Source: Diadema antillarum
Taxonomy: Eukaryota
DNA: 64,000 nt
NCBI RefSeq assembly: GCF_040938485.1
Contig: NW_027271069.1
Span: 3,968,001-4,032,000 of the forward strand
Direction of reading: 5' to 3'
Shown: one piece after another, positions 1 to 11,008 of the stretch
How the letters are laid out: the number at the start of each line of letters is the position of its first letter
Position numbering within the stretch: position 1 is the first letter of the stretch
Made by a program: the position numbers and the translations under genes
Notes under the pieces: generated by a model
What the model was told of the DNA's origin: nothing
Seen by the model: the letters and a program-made list of their open reading frames with translations, nothing else
Database searches by the model: none

Positions 1-37
1 TTGGTTTTTGTTTAGCTGTATAAACCCGTTGTGCACA

Positions 38-51
38 CAACTAGAGGGCGC
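38..51 (+). promoter_or_regulatory. CTCF-like motif
   Basis: CAACTAGAGGGCGC, one mismatch to the common CCACTAGAGGGCGC core, flanked by GTGCAC on both sides. Motif match only. Confidence 0.2.
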
Positions 52-1312
52 TGTGCACCTGATAGGAAGAAAAAAATGGGGTGCTCCAGTTTGACGATTT
101 TCATTCTTATTTTTCACTTTTCCATCTTTGGAGTTGTGAATTGATTTGGAGGAATTGAGGATAAAGAGAACAAGTAGTGCTGGCTGGATTTATATGAGGA
201 CAGGATGGGCTGTATTTCATGGTGATTTCGGAAGATTGTATGTATAATATCCACATGCACCAGGCATGTTGTTTATATCCGTTGTATATTGATGTGGTGT
301 GAATGTACTCGGTACACACGGGTACTGAATGTACACATGTAGCATGACCATGCAGCTGCATTGTAGCCTCATACTATGTCGGGTAGAGGCTTGCTGTGTA
401 ATGTGTGACACTGTTGGACGTAATGTAACGATGAATGAATACTGTAGTTATAAGTTGCTTATTGAAAGTGATGTTATATAAGAATTTAGAATTACATGCA
501 ACATCACATTGCTGCAGTAATTTAGATATTGTGCTTTTTTTTTGTTGTAGAAATGTATTGTTATGAATGAGTGTGAACAGCACTGCACTGGCCACTGCAC
601 ACTCAACACTGCCACTCACTGGTTATTAGGTTATGATTCAGAACATATAGTATAAGACAAGTATGGTTCTGAATTTTATTTTAGATTTATTCATCAGTGC
701 AGAAAGAATATAATCTCTGCCTCCGGCAATGTTTGGATTGATTGTATTTATATACACTGTAGGCTATATGGAATGTTTATGATATTAGCACAAATTATCA
801 GTGGCAGTACCACTACCAGTTCTGAAATTCTGACATTTTTGCTGGCTGGAGTAAATTAGCATGAGTTTGGTTTGGAGTTTCGGAAATTTATATTTAAGGA
901 TTGAAGGTTTTTTGTGTAGACAGTAGAGTTCACTGCTGTGTCTGTGGCTCTTGTGTAAAAGAGCTAGGGACTGTTTTATGAGTCTTGTGTTTAGAATTAA
1001 AGATACCGGATTGTGGATGTTATATTTGCCTGGTTTAGTATAGGTCTACACACCCCACAGTACCAGTAACAGTACTGTACATTGGATTTGCAGTTCAGAC
1101 ACTCGGGCTGACTGAATTTGATTTAATTTAGTTTTTATCATAATTGCTGTCATATTCCGAAGTGAACATTTCTTCGAATAAATAAAGAGCCTGGATTGCA
1201 CATGTACATGAACTGGTCTCTTGGTCCTTTCTTTGGAGCGTCGAGAAAACGTTTAATGCCCATGTAACACCGATTACGCCATCGATGAACACATCAACTA
1301 AAATAAAGGTGT

Positions 1313-1561
1313 TACAAGAAGTACAGATTTTCAAAACATGAAGTTAGAGCGATTGCTGACATGCTTAACGATGGTGACCTTGACAGGAAAATGTGAAGGA
1401 GCAAAGCTCTTAGCAAAGGGCTGCAGATTTGCATAGCATTGAATTACTTTGCGAAGGGGTCAATCTTCGATGACATTGCAACCAACCACAATGTCGACTG
1501 CTCTACTGTATCCAGATACGTACACTGTGTGGCTCAAGCACTGTGTAACATCAAGAAACAT
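1313..1561 (+). pseudogene. PIF/Harbinger transposase N-terminal HTH fragment (HARBI1-like)
   Basis: Translates YKKYRFSKHEVRAIADML...M*RSKALSKGLQICIALNYFAKGSIFDDIATNHNVDCSTVSRYVHCVAQALC, matching the Harbinger YRF...R..A(L/I)S...Q...AL.(F/Y)...G.......S+SR.V..V..AL pattern. One in-frame stop; ends at a GTGAGT donor (1562). Confidence 0.75.
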
Positions 1562-1789
1562 GTGAGTATGTAAATAATCTACAATATATTCTAAATAATA
1601 ATAGAACTAGACATCTATATCGATATCTTGCAAAGACAGTAGATTGCACATGGTGGAATATGTGCACAAATAAACTAGCACTAGCAGCCATCTACTGTTA
1701 GGGACAGTATAAACGAGCTTCAAGTCCAAGCTCAGAATGATCACTGGAAGCAGAGTAATTAGCTGAATTAGGCATAGACATAAACATAA

Positions 1790-2570
1790 CCCAATGTAAC
1801 CCGATCCAGGTCGCGAGAGAAATCAACAAGATCGCCGATAAGGTTGAGGAAGTCAAACGCAAGGCAAAGCACTTCGTTATCAAAGGCAAGAATCCGAAAC
1901 AAGTTAAAGCACTCCTAGGTATCACCAGTTTCTGCAATTGTGCAGGGAAGACCGCAAACTCAAACAGCGACCATCCACCAACAATAGGAGTCATCAAACA
2001 AATTCCAACAAACTTAACAGAAAAAGATTTAGAGTCAGAGCTTTCATCCAAGGAGTCACTGAAGCAAAACGTATCAACAAACGCGAACAAGGAGTTCTAA
2101 AACCCACCACTGTAGTAACTTAACTTTTGCCTAAAGCAACCTGACCCCAACTGTAAGCATTGGTTTTGAAATTTTCCCTGTTACAACATACATACCGCCT
2201 GTCACCAGATGCTTTAAATGTCAAAGATTTGGCCACGGCCAAGAAACATGTCGTTTCAAGATTAGATGTGTGCGATGTGGCGACAGTGACATACACGTGT
2301 ATTAGACTCATGCCCCAATAAAGAAAGCCCGAAATGTCTGAAATGTGGAGGTCCTCATAGTGCAGCGTATGCCGGATGCCCACACAACAAGAATGCCCGC
2401 CGAATTCAAAACCACAAGATCATAAACAAACTGTCATATGCAGAAGCCGCAAAACAAATTCAAGAGAAACAGAAACAACAACAAGCCCCGGCTCCCATCA
2501 ATCCCCAACAGCAACTTCAACCCCAACCATTCATCCCCACTAATCATCAACCAACTCCACCCCTACCTCA
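1790..2570 (+). mobile_element. Non-LTR retrotransposon (I/Jockey group) gag-like ORF1 remnant
   Basis: YIPPVTRCFKCQRFGHGQETCRFKIRCVRCG...CPNKESPKCLKCGGPHSAAYAGCP gives three CCHC knuckles, followed by LSYAEAAK. Frameshifted, with stops. Confidence 0.8.
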
Positions 2571-3438
2571 TCTAACATTCCAGGTCATAACCATGGAAGA
2601 TCTCCTCGAGGTAATGGAGGACTTGCGCGTATTCGACGCAGAAGATCCAGCAGGGGGGGAGGGAGCCGCAGGACTCAGTCACTGAAAAAGGGGAATTCAT
2701 GGAAGCAGAACAACACGAATTTGGTGCACTTCAAAACCTAGAGGACATCAAGGACATGTCTTTGTCCCCATATTTAAGGAAGCTGCGCTGAAGCTGAAGT
2801 CTGATGACTTTCACAACGGGGCAGAAATGGGCAGCCAAGTTATCCAACCAGTGGATGACATCAACCTGTCATCCAAGGCAGCCATGGAGTCGGTCAAGAG
2901 CATTGAAGAGGATATCATTGAGATCATCAGTGCCGCAGGAGACAGAACTGTTGGTCCAGTGGCCAACACATACATCCTGACAAGGTTCGAGAGGTACAGG
3001 GATGGGGAATGAGCAGCCCACCTGTTCAAGGAACTGACGCTCAATCAGCAAACCCTCCCTTGCTGCTTCCTCCAGCAGTACCTTCTGCGCGCCATGCTGG
3101 AGAAAGTCATGAAGCGTTTACGTGGAGAAGAGGCCATACCAGAGCAAGGCATGGATCCACTTTCGGTTCATGACGAGCAAGTAACACTACATCCTGTATG
3201 CCTTGTGCAAGAGGTATGGCAAACTGAAATCAGAGAGTGCACGCTCAGTGGCAGCATTTCTGAAGAAGTGGAGAAAGGCAGATGATGACCACACAGAATG
3301 TGACACATTCCTTCAATACACATCAGTTTGGCTAACTTTCCAAAGCAGAGGGGGACTGTTCATCGTTTCTGATGATGTCTACAAACTTTTCAGGTCATTC
3401 GAAATGGAAACAAGGAGGGTGCTCACACTTGGAAATGG

Positions 3439-4006
3439 CAAACCAATATTGCTTGTGTATCTGATATAGCCAGTACCAGTTCTGCTATGACTCAGCCTCC
3501 AGTGCATTTGAAAACAAACTAAGTGTCCACATAAGATTAGTGCAGCTTGACTCTCTTGATATTCCAGGGCCAACATCTTTTCAACCACCACATTACAAAA
3601 CATCAATAAGGTCACAGCTTTCACTTGAACATTTCTCATTCTCTGAGCAGGATTCTCAGCAGGAGAAAGAAATGTATGATAAAGCCATTGTATATACTTT
3701 GGAGAGATATTTTTATGTGGTGCAGAATAAATCTTCTAACCTTCCTAGTTTAAGTGTAAATTGGCATTTGAGGGTGAACAAAATATAGAACATTCAGAGT
3801 TTTCAAACAGGTATGTACTAAATGACGTCTACGTCTTAGATCATTTTAAGAGGGGTTTGTTTGTGTCAAGTCTCACTGGAAAGGAATTTTCTCAGGTTGC
3901 AATGGATGAGGCTCATGAGATGCTGATAAATAAAGATTGCAAGACTGCATTTTCACAGCATTTACCTCAACATGTAGAAATAACTAGAATTATCACTGAA
4001 GGTGAT
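3439..4006 (+). mobile_element. Academ-like transposase fragment, short allele (also at 8519-9087)
   Basis: Same block as 5687-6853, but the ~603 bp at 6078-6680 is replaced by CGTCTACG. Confidence 0.6.
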
Positions 4007-4460
4007 TAATACCCCCGCCCCGAGTGTTGCTTCATAGTATGTGATGTCATGAGGGCAATGACGTCAATACCAAGTACACCAAATTTGACCTTCATAGCTT
4101 AAATGGTTTATTTTGATACAAAAATGAGTGGTTACCATGGCAACACATTTTCGTTATACTAACACATTGATGTCTTGCAAAACTACACTTCTAGATCATG
4201 ATACATACTAAATTTGACTTTAATTGCTAGAATGATAGAAAAGTTATTCGATCTGCAAGGTTTTGGTAAAATTGTGGTTACCATGGCAACGGTTTGTGTG
4301 ACAAACACAAAAATTATGTGTTCCACATCTATACCTCAGGGCCATACTGCCTACCAAATTTGGTTTCAATTGCTTGAAAACTGAAACTAAACACCAACTC
4401 TCATCAGTAATGATAGAAAATGAAGTTGATACTTAACATTTGAAGTAGAGGAATACAAAT
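4007..4460. repeat. Non-coding interspersed-repeat block within the array unit, carrying X-box and CRE palindromes
   Basis: TGACGTCA at 4059-4066; GTTACCATGGCAAC at 4131-4144 and 4277-4290. The block recurs at about 6854-7310 and 9088-9545. Confidence 0.6.
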
Positions 4461-4951
4461 TATGTCCTAGTGATTTTCGAGGGATTGCTCCATTACATTA
4501 ACTCGGTACATCCGATGTGTACAGGGTTTTCACCATTTAACAAAAAGGTAGGCAAATTAAAATGGACAAGAGAACATGTTGGACACTGCCTTTGCACTAC
4601 CTCACATGTACACTATTTCAGTAAAGTTGTTGATAAATATGTTATGCTATATATTAAAGTCATCTGTTGGTACCTTTTTACTTTAAACAATTTCTTTTTC
4701 TCATAATGCTCATGTTTACTTATATCTGCACCTCCAATACCAAGTATTTGTAGGTATGAGGCCATTTTAAGTTTGTTAGCTTAAAAATAGTAAAGTTAAA
4801 TACAGAACACATCTTATTAGTTGACTTATTTATAGCATATGTACTGTACTCTTGAATTATCAGTTTATTATGCTAACTACAGCATTTAAGTATAGAGATA
4901 TTGCATTACAAGTAGCCGTCATTCTTTTTTTTTTTAAATCTTTTCTTTAAA

Positions 4952-5686
4952 GAATTTGGTGCACTTCAAAACCCAGAGGACATCAAGACATGTCCTTGTC
5001 CCCATATTTAAGGAAGCTGCGCTGAAGCTGAAGTCTGATGACTTTCACAACGGGGCAGAAATGGACAGCCAAGTTATCCAACTAGCGGATGGCATCGATT
5101 TGTCATCCAAGGCAGCCATGGAGTCGGTCAAGAGCATTGTGGAGGATATCATTGAGATCATCAGTGCTGCAGGAGAGAGAACTGTTGGTCCAGTGGCCAA
5201 CACATACATCCTGACAAGGTTCGAGAGGTACAGGGATGGGGAATGAGCAGCCCACCTGTTCAAGGAACTGACGCTCAATCCGCAAACCCTCCCTTGCCGC
5301 TTTCTGCAGCAGTACCTTCTGCGCACCATGCTGGAGAAAGTCATGAAGCGTTTACGTGGAGAAGAGGGCATACCCCCTGCACAAGGCATGGATCCCCTTT
5401 TGGTTCACGATGAGCAAGTATTATGTTATGTTGCCGGCTACATCCCATATGCCTTGTGCAAGAGGTATGGCAAACTGAAATCAGAGAGTGCACACTCAGT
5501 GGCAGCATTTCTGAAGAAGTGGAGAAAGGCAGATGATGACCACACAGAATGTGACACATTCCTTCAGTACAAGTCAGTTTGGCTAACTTTCCAAAACAGA
5601 GGGGGACTGTTCATCGTTTCTGATGTCTACAAACTTTTCAGGTCCTTCGAAATGGAAACAAGGAGGGTGCTCACTCTTGGAAATGG
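4952..5686 (+). pseudogene. P-element/THAP9 C-terminal-like ORF, array copy 2 (other copies at 2593-3438 and 7798-8518)
   Basis: VLCYVAGYIPYALCKRY...WLTFQNRGGLFIVSD-VYKLFRSFEMETRRVL resembles the Y+AGY+ ... RGGL ... F...E..FR motifs of the P-transposase C-terminus. Premature TGA at 5244-5246. No DDE core seen. Confidence 0.55.
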
Positions 5687-6853
5687 CAAACCAATATTGC
5701 TTGTGTATCTGATGTAGCCAGTACCAGTTCTGCTATGACTCAGCCTCCAGTGCATTTGAAAAACAAACTAAGTGTCCGCATAACATTAGTGCAGCTTGAC
5801 TCTCTCGATATTCCAGGGCCATCATCTTTTCAACCACCACATTACAAAACATCAATAAGGTCACAGCTTTCACTTGAACATTTCTCATTCTCTGAGCAGG
5901 ATTCTCAGCAGGAGAAAGAAATGTATGATAAAGCCATTGTTTATATACTTTGGAGAGATATTTTTATGTGGTGCAGAATAAATCTTCTAACCTTCCTAGT
6001 TTTAAGTGTAAATTGGCATTTGGGGGTGAACAAAATATAGAACATTCAGAGTTTTCAAACAGGTATGTACTAAATGAGAAGGCAGACTCACCAGATACTT
6101 AAATTTACTGGGATGCTGGCTTGAAGGATGTGGCCAAGTTAACCCACAAGCAATCCACACTAAAAAGCTTAGGCAGCTGTACAAATTTCAAACGAATGCA
6201 CAGATTTCTGTTACAAATATATGAGGCAATTCTTATGTTGCAAGTTTCTAGTTTCTTATCATATAAGAGTGATCATGAGGTTCGTTTCACCAAAGAGGTC
6301 TTCTTGGGCATTGTGAAAGATGTTTTAGCTCATGCAGATATCAAAGATGGTAAATACAAGTGTATGTAGATTGCCATAAGTTTTTGGCATCACAGCAGGT
6401 TTTTATCACACAATCTATCCAAACACCAATGCATAATGAGTTCAGTTTATTTTGTAATGAAATGTCTGAGAAATTTGAAACTTTCGGTTTTGAAACCAAG
6501 TTTTAGTAAAAGATTGCCTATGTCGGGTCAATCTTTGGTTAGCAATACGTACAGGGAATTGGAAGTTAAGGTTATCGGCTCTGAAATCAATGGTACCACT
6601 GTTCACTGCCTTTGATAGGCAAAATTATGCATATTTGATTCCGTTTTGTTTCCATCAGTTACGTTCTTTACCCCGATACATCTTAGATCATTTTAAGAGG
6701 GGTGTGTTTGTGTCAAGTCTCACTGGAAAGGAATTTTCTCAGATTGCAATGGATGAGGCTCATGAGATGCTGATAAATAAAGATTGCAAGACTGCATTTT
6801 CACAGCATTTACCTCAACATGTAGAAAAAACTAGAATTATCACTGGAGGTGAT
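5687..6853 (+). mobile_element. Academ-like DNA transposase fragment (long allele)
   Basis: YVLNEKADS.DT / IYWDAGLKDVAK...SLGSCTNFKRMHRFLLQIYEA / LWLAIRTGNWKLRLSALKSMVPLFTAFDRQNYA...F..GVFVSSLTGKEFSQIAMDEAHEMLINKDCK. These motifs are recalled from AcademX-type transposases; the superfamily name is not verified. Confidence 0.6.
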
Positions 6854-9800
6854 TAATACCCCCAGCCCCGAGTGTTGCTTTATAGTATGTGATGTCATGA
6901 GGGCAATGACGTCAATACCAAGTACACCAAATTTGACCTTCATAGCTTAAATGGTTTATTTTGATACAAAAATGAGTGGTTACCATGGCAACACATTTTC
7001 GTTATACTAACACATTGGTGTCTTGCAAAACTACACTTCTAGATCATGATACATACTAAATTTGACTTTAATTGCTAGAATGATAGAAAAGTTATTCGAT
7101 CTGCAAGGTTTTGGTAAAATTGTGGTTACCATGGCAATGGTTTGTGTAACAAACACAAAAATTATGTGTTCCACATCTATACCTCAGGGCCATAATGCCT
7201 CCCAAATTTGGTTTCAATTGCTTGAAAACTGAAACTAAACACCAACTCTCATCAGTAATAATAGAAAATAAAGTTGATACTTAACATTTGAAGTAGAGGA
7301 ATACAACTTATGTCCTAGTGATTTTCGAGGGATTGCTCCATTACATTAACTCGGTACATCCGATGTGTACAGGGTTTTACACCAGCTAACAACAAGGTGG
7401 GCAAATTAAAATGGACAAGAAGACATGTAGGACACTGCCTTTGCACTACCTCACATGTACACTATTTCAGTAAAGTTGTTGATAAATATGTTTTGCTATA
7501 TCACAGTCATCTGTTGGTACCTTTTACTTTACACAATTTCTTTTTCTCATAATGCTCATGTTTCCTTATATCGGCACCTCCAATACCAAGTATTTGTAGG
7601 TATGAGGCCATTTTAAGTTTGTTAGCTTAAAAATAGTAAAGTTAAATACAGAACACATCTTATTAGTTGACTTATTTATAGCATATGTACTGTACTCTTG
7701 AATTATCAGTTTATTATGCTAACTACAGCATTTAAGTATAGAGATATTGCATTACAGGTAGCAGTCATTCTTTTTTTTTTTTGATCTTTTATTTAAAGAA
7801 TTTGGTGCACTTCAAAACCCAGAGGACATCAAGACATGTCCTTGTCCCCATATTTAAGGAAGCTGCGCTGAAGCTGAAGTCTGATGACTTTTGCAACGGG
7901 GCAGAAATGGGCAGCCAAGTTATCCAACTAGCGGATGGCATCGATTTGTCATCCAAGGCAGCCATGGAGTCGGTCAAGAGCATTGTGGAGGATATCATTG
8001 AGATCATCAGTGCCGCAGGAGAGAGAACTGTTGGCCCAGTGGCCAACACATACATCCTGACAAGGTTCGAGAGGTACAGGGATGGGGAACGAGCAGCCCA
8101 CCTGTTCAAGGAACTGACGCCCAATCAGCAAACCCTCCCTTGCTGCTTCCTCCAGCAGTACCTTCTGCGCGCCATGCTGGAGAAAGTCATGAAGCATCTA
8201 CGTGGAGAAGAGGCCATACCAGAGCAAGGCATGGATCCACTTTTGGTTCACGACGAGCAAGTAACACTACATCCTGTATGCCTTGTGCAAGAGGTATGGC
8301 AAACTGAAATCAGAGAGTGCACGCTCAGTGGCAGCATTTCTGAAGAAGTGGAGAAAGGCAGATGATGACCACACAGAATGTGACACATTCCTTCAATACA
8401 CATCAGTTTGGCTAACTTTCCAAAGCAGAGGGGGACTGTTCATCGTTTCTGATGATGTCTACAAACTTTTCAGGTCATTCGAAATAGAAACAAGGAGGGT
8501 GCTCACACTTGGAAATGGCAAACCAATATTGCTTGTGTATCTGATATAGCCAGTACCAGTTCTGCTATGACTCAGCCTCCAGTGCATTTGAAAAACAAAC
8601 CAAGTGTCCGCAGAAGATTAGTGCAGCTTGACTCTCTCGATATTCCAGGGCCATCATCTTTTCAACCACCACATTACAAAACATCAATAAGGTCACAGCT
8701 TTCACTTGAACATTTCTCATTCTCTGAGCAGGATTCTCAGCAGGAGAAAGAAATGTATGATAAAGCCATTGTATATACTTTGGAGAGATATTTTTATGTG
8801 GTGCAGAATAAATCTTCTAACCTTCCTAGTTTAAGTGTAAATTGGCATTTGAGGGTGAACAAAATATAGAACATTCAGAGTTTTCAAACAGGTATGTACT
8901 AAATGACGTCTACGTCTTAGATCATTTTAAGAGGGGTGTGTTTGTGTCAAGTCTCACTGGAAAGGAATTTTCTCAGGTTGCAATGGATGAGGCTCATGAG
9001 ATGCTGATAAATAAAGATTGCAAGACTGCATTTTCACAGCATTTACCTCAACATGTAGAAAAAACTAGAATTATCACTGAAGGTGATTAATACCCCCGCC
9101 CCGAGTGTTGCTTCATAGTATGTGATGTCATGAGGGCAATGACGTCAATACCAAGTACACCAAATTTGACCTTCATAGCTTAAATGGTTTATTTTGATAC
9201 AAAAATGAGTGGTTACCATGGCAACACATTTTCGTTATACTAACACATTGGTGTCTTGCAAAACTACACTTCTAGATCATGATACATACTAAATTTGACT
9301 TTAATTGCTAGAATGATAGAAAAGTCATTCGATCTGCAAGGTTTTGGTAAAATGGTGGTTACCGTGGCAACGGTTTGTGTGACAAACACAAAAATTATGT
9401 GTTCCACATCTATACCTCAGGGCCATAATGCCTACCAAATTTGGTTTCAATTGCTTGAAAACTGAAACTAAACACTTAACTCTCATCAGTAATGATAGAA
9501 AATGAAGTTGATACTTTACATTTGAAGTAGAGAAATACAAATTATGTCCTAGTGATTTTCGAGGGATTGCTCCGTTACATTAACTCGGTACATCCGATGT
9601 GTACAGGGTTTTTTCACCAGCTAACAAAAAGGTGGGCAAATTAAAATGGACAAGAAGACATGTAGGACACTGCCTTTGCACTACCTCACATGTACACTAT
9701 TTCAGTGAAGTTGTTGATAAATATGTTATGCTATATCAAAGTCATCTCTTGGTACCTTCTTACTTTAAACAATTTCTTTTTCTCATAGATAATGCTCATG

Positions 9801-10037
9801 TTTATTCATATCTGCACCTCCAATACCAAGTATTTGTAGGTATGAGGCCATTTTAAGTTTGTTAGCTTAAAAATAGTAAAGTTAAATACAGAACACATCT
9901 TATTAGTTGACTTATTTATAGCATATGTACTGTACTCTTGAATTATCAGTTTATTATGCTAACTACAGCATTTAAGTATAGAGATATTGCATTACAGGTA
10001 GCAGTCATTCTTTTTTTTTTTTGATCTTTTATTTGAA

Positions 10038-11008
10038 GAATTTGGTGCACTTCAAAACCCAGAGGACATCAAGACATGTCCTTGTCCCCATATTTAAGGA
10101 AGCTGCGCTGAAGCTGAAGTCTGATGACTTTTGCAACGGGGCAGAAATGGGCAGCCAAGTTATCCAACTAGCGGATGGCATCGATTTGTCATCCAAGGCA
10201 GCCATGGAGTCGGTCAAGAGCATTGTGGAGGATATCATTGAGATCATCAGTGCCGCAGGAGAGAGAACTGTTGGTCCAGTGGCCAACACATACATCCTGA
10301 CAAGGTTCGAGACGTACAGGGATGGGGAACGAGTAGCCCACCTGTTCAAGGAACTGACGCTCAATCAGCAAACCCTCCCTTGCCGCTTCCTCCAGCAGTA
10401 CCTTCTGTGCGCCATGCTGGAGAAAGTCATGAAGAGAAGAGGCCATACCAGAGCAAGACATGGATCCACTTTCGGTTCATGACGAGCAAGTAACACTACA
10501 TCCTGTATGCCTTGTGCAAGAGGTATGGCAAACTGAAATCAGAGAGTGCACAAGCAGTAGCAGCATTTCTGAAGAAGTGGAGAAAGGCAGATGATGACCA
10601 CACAGAATGTGATACATTCCTTCAGTACAAGTCAGTTTGGCTAACTTTCCAAAACAGAGGGGGGCTGTTCATCGTTTCTGATGATGTTTACAAACTTTTC
10701 AGGTCCTTCGAAATAGAAACAAGGAGGGTGCTCACACTTGGAAATGGTGAAGCTGAGGGATTGAAGAACGCATGATCAAGCAGATTTCAGACAACATTCT
10801 GGTGCAGAATATGTGGAGCAATGTTGCGGGCAGTCTGGAGCCACATTTGGCCAAGCCTCTCCTCTCAGTAATCATCAATTACTGGGTGAAAATACGAATT
10901 TCTTCGTATGTCAAGTGCTACCTGTCATCACTCAGGAGAGAGGCAAGAATCTCTGTGGGAAGGAAGAAGAGCTTGAGAAAAGAACTGAAAAAACAATATG
11001 AAAAGTAG
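10038..11008 (+). pseudogene. P-element/THAP9 C-terminal-like ORF, terminal copy retaining the native C-terminus
   Basis: After GGAAATGG (10747) this copy continues IKQISDNILVQNMW...IINYWVKIRISSYVK...RKKSLRKELKKQYEK*, whereas copies 1-3 jump to the Academ-like block. Frameshifted. Confidence 0.55.

Larger units (their letters stand above)
2717..10747 (+). repeat. Tandem array of a composite 2.2-2.8 kb unit (3 full copies plus 1 partial)
   Basis: GAATTTGGTGCACTTCAAAAC recurs at 2717, 4952, 7798 and 10038 (periods 2235, 2846, 2240). All internal blocks recur in the same order. Confidence 0.95.

Noticed and set aside
2811-10461. Minus-strand ORFs in the array (e.g. 7789-8124, 10029-10364)
   Set aside because: They are antisense shadows of the plus-strand coding-like sequence, with no independent motifs.
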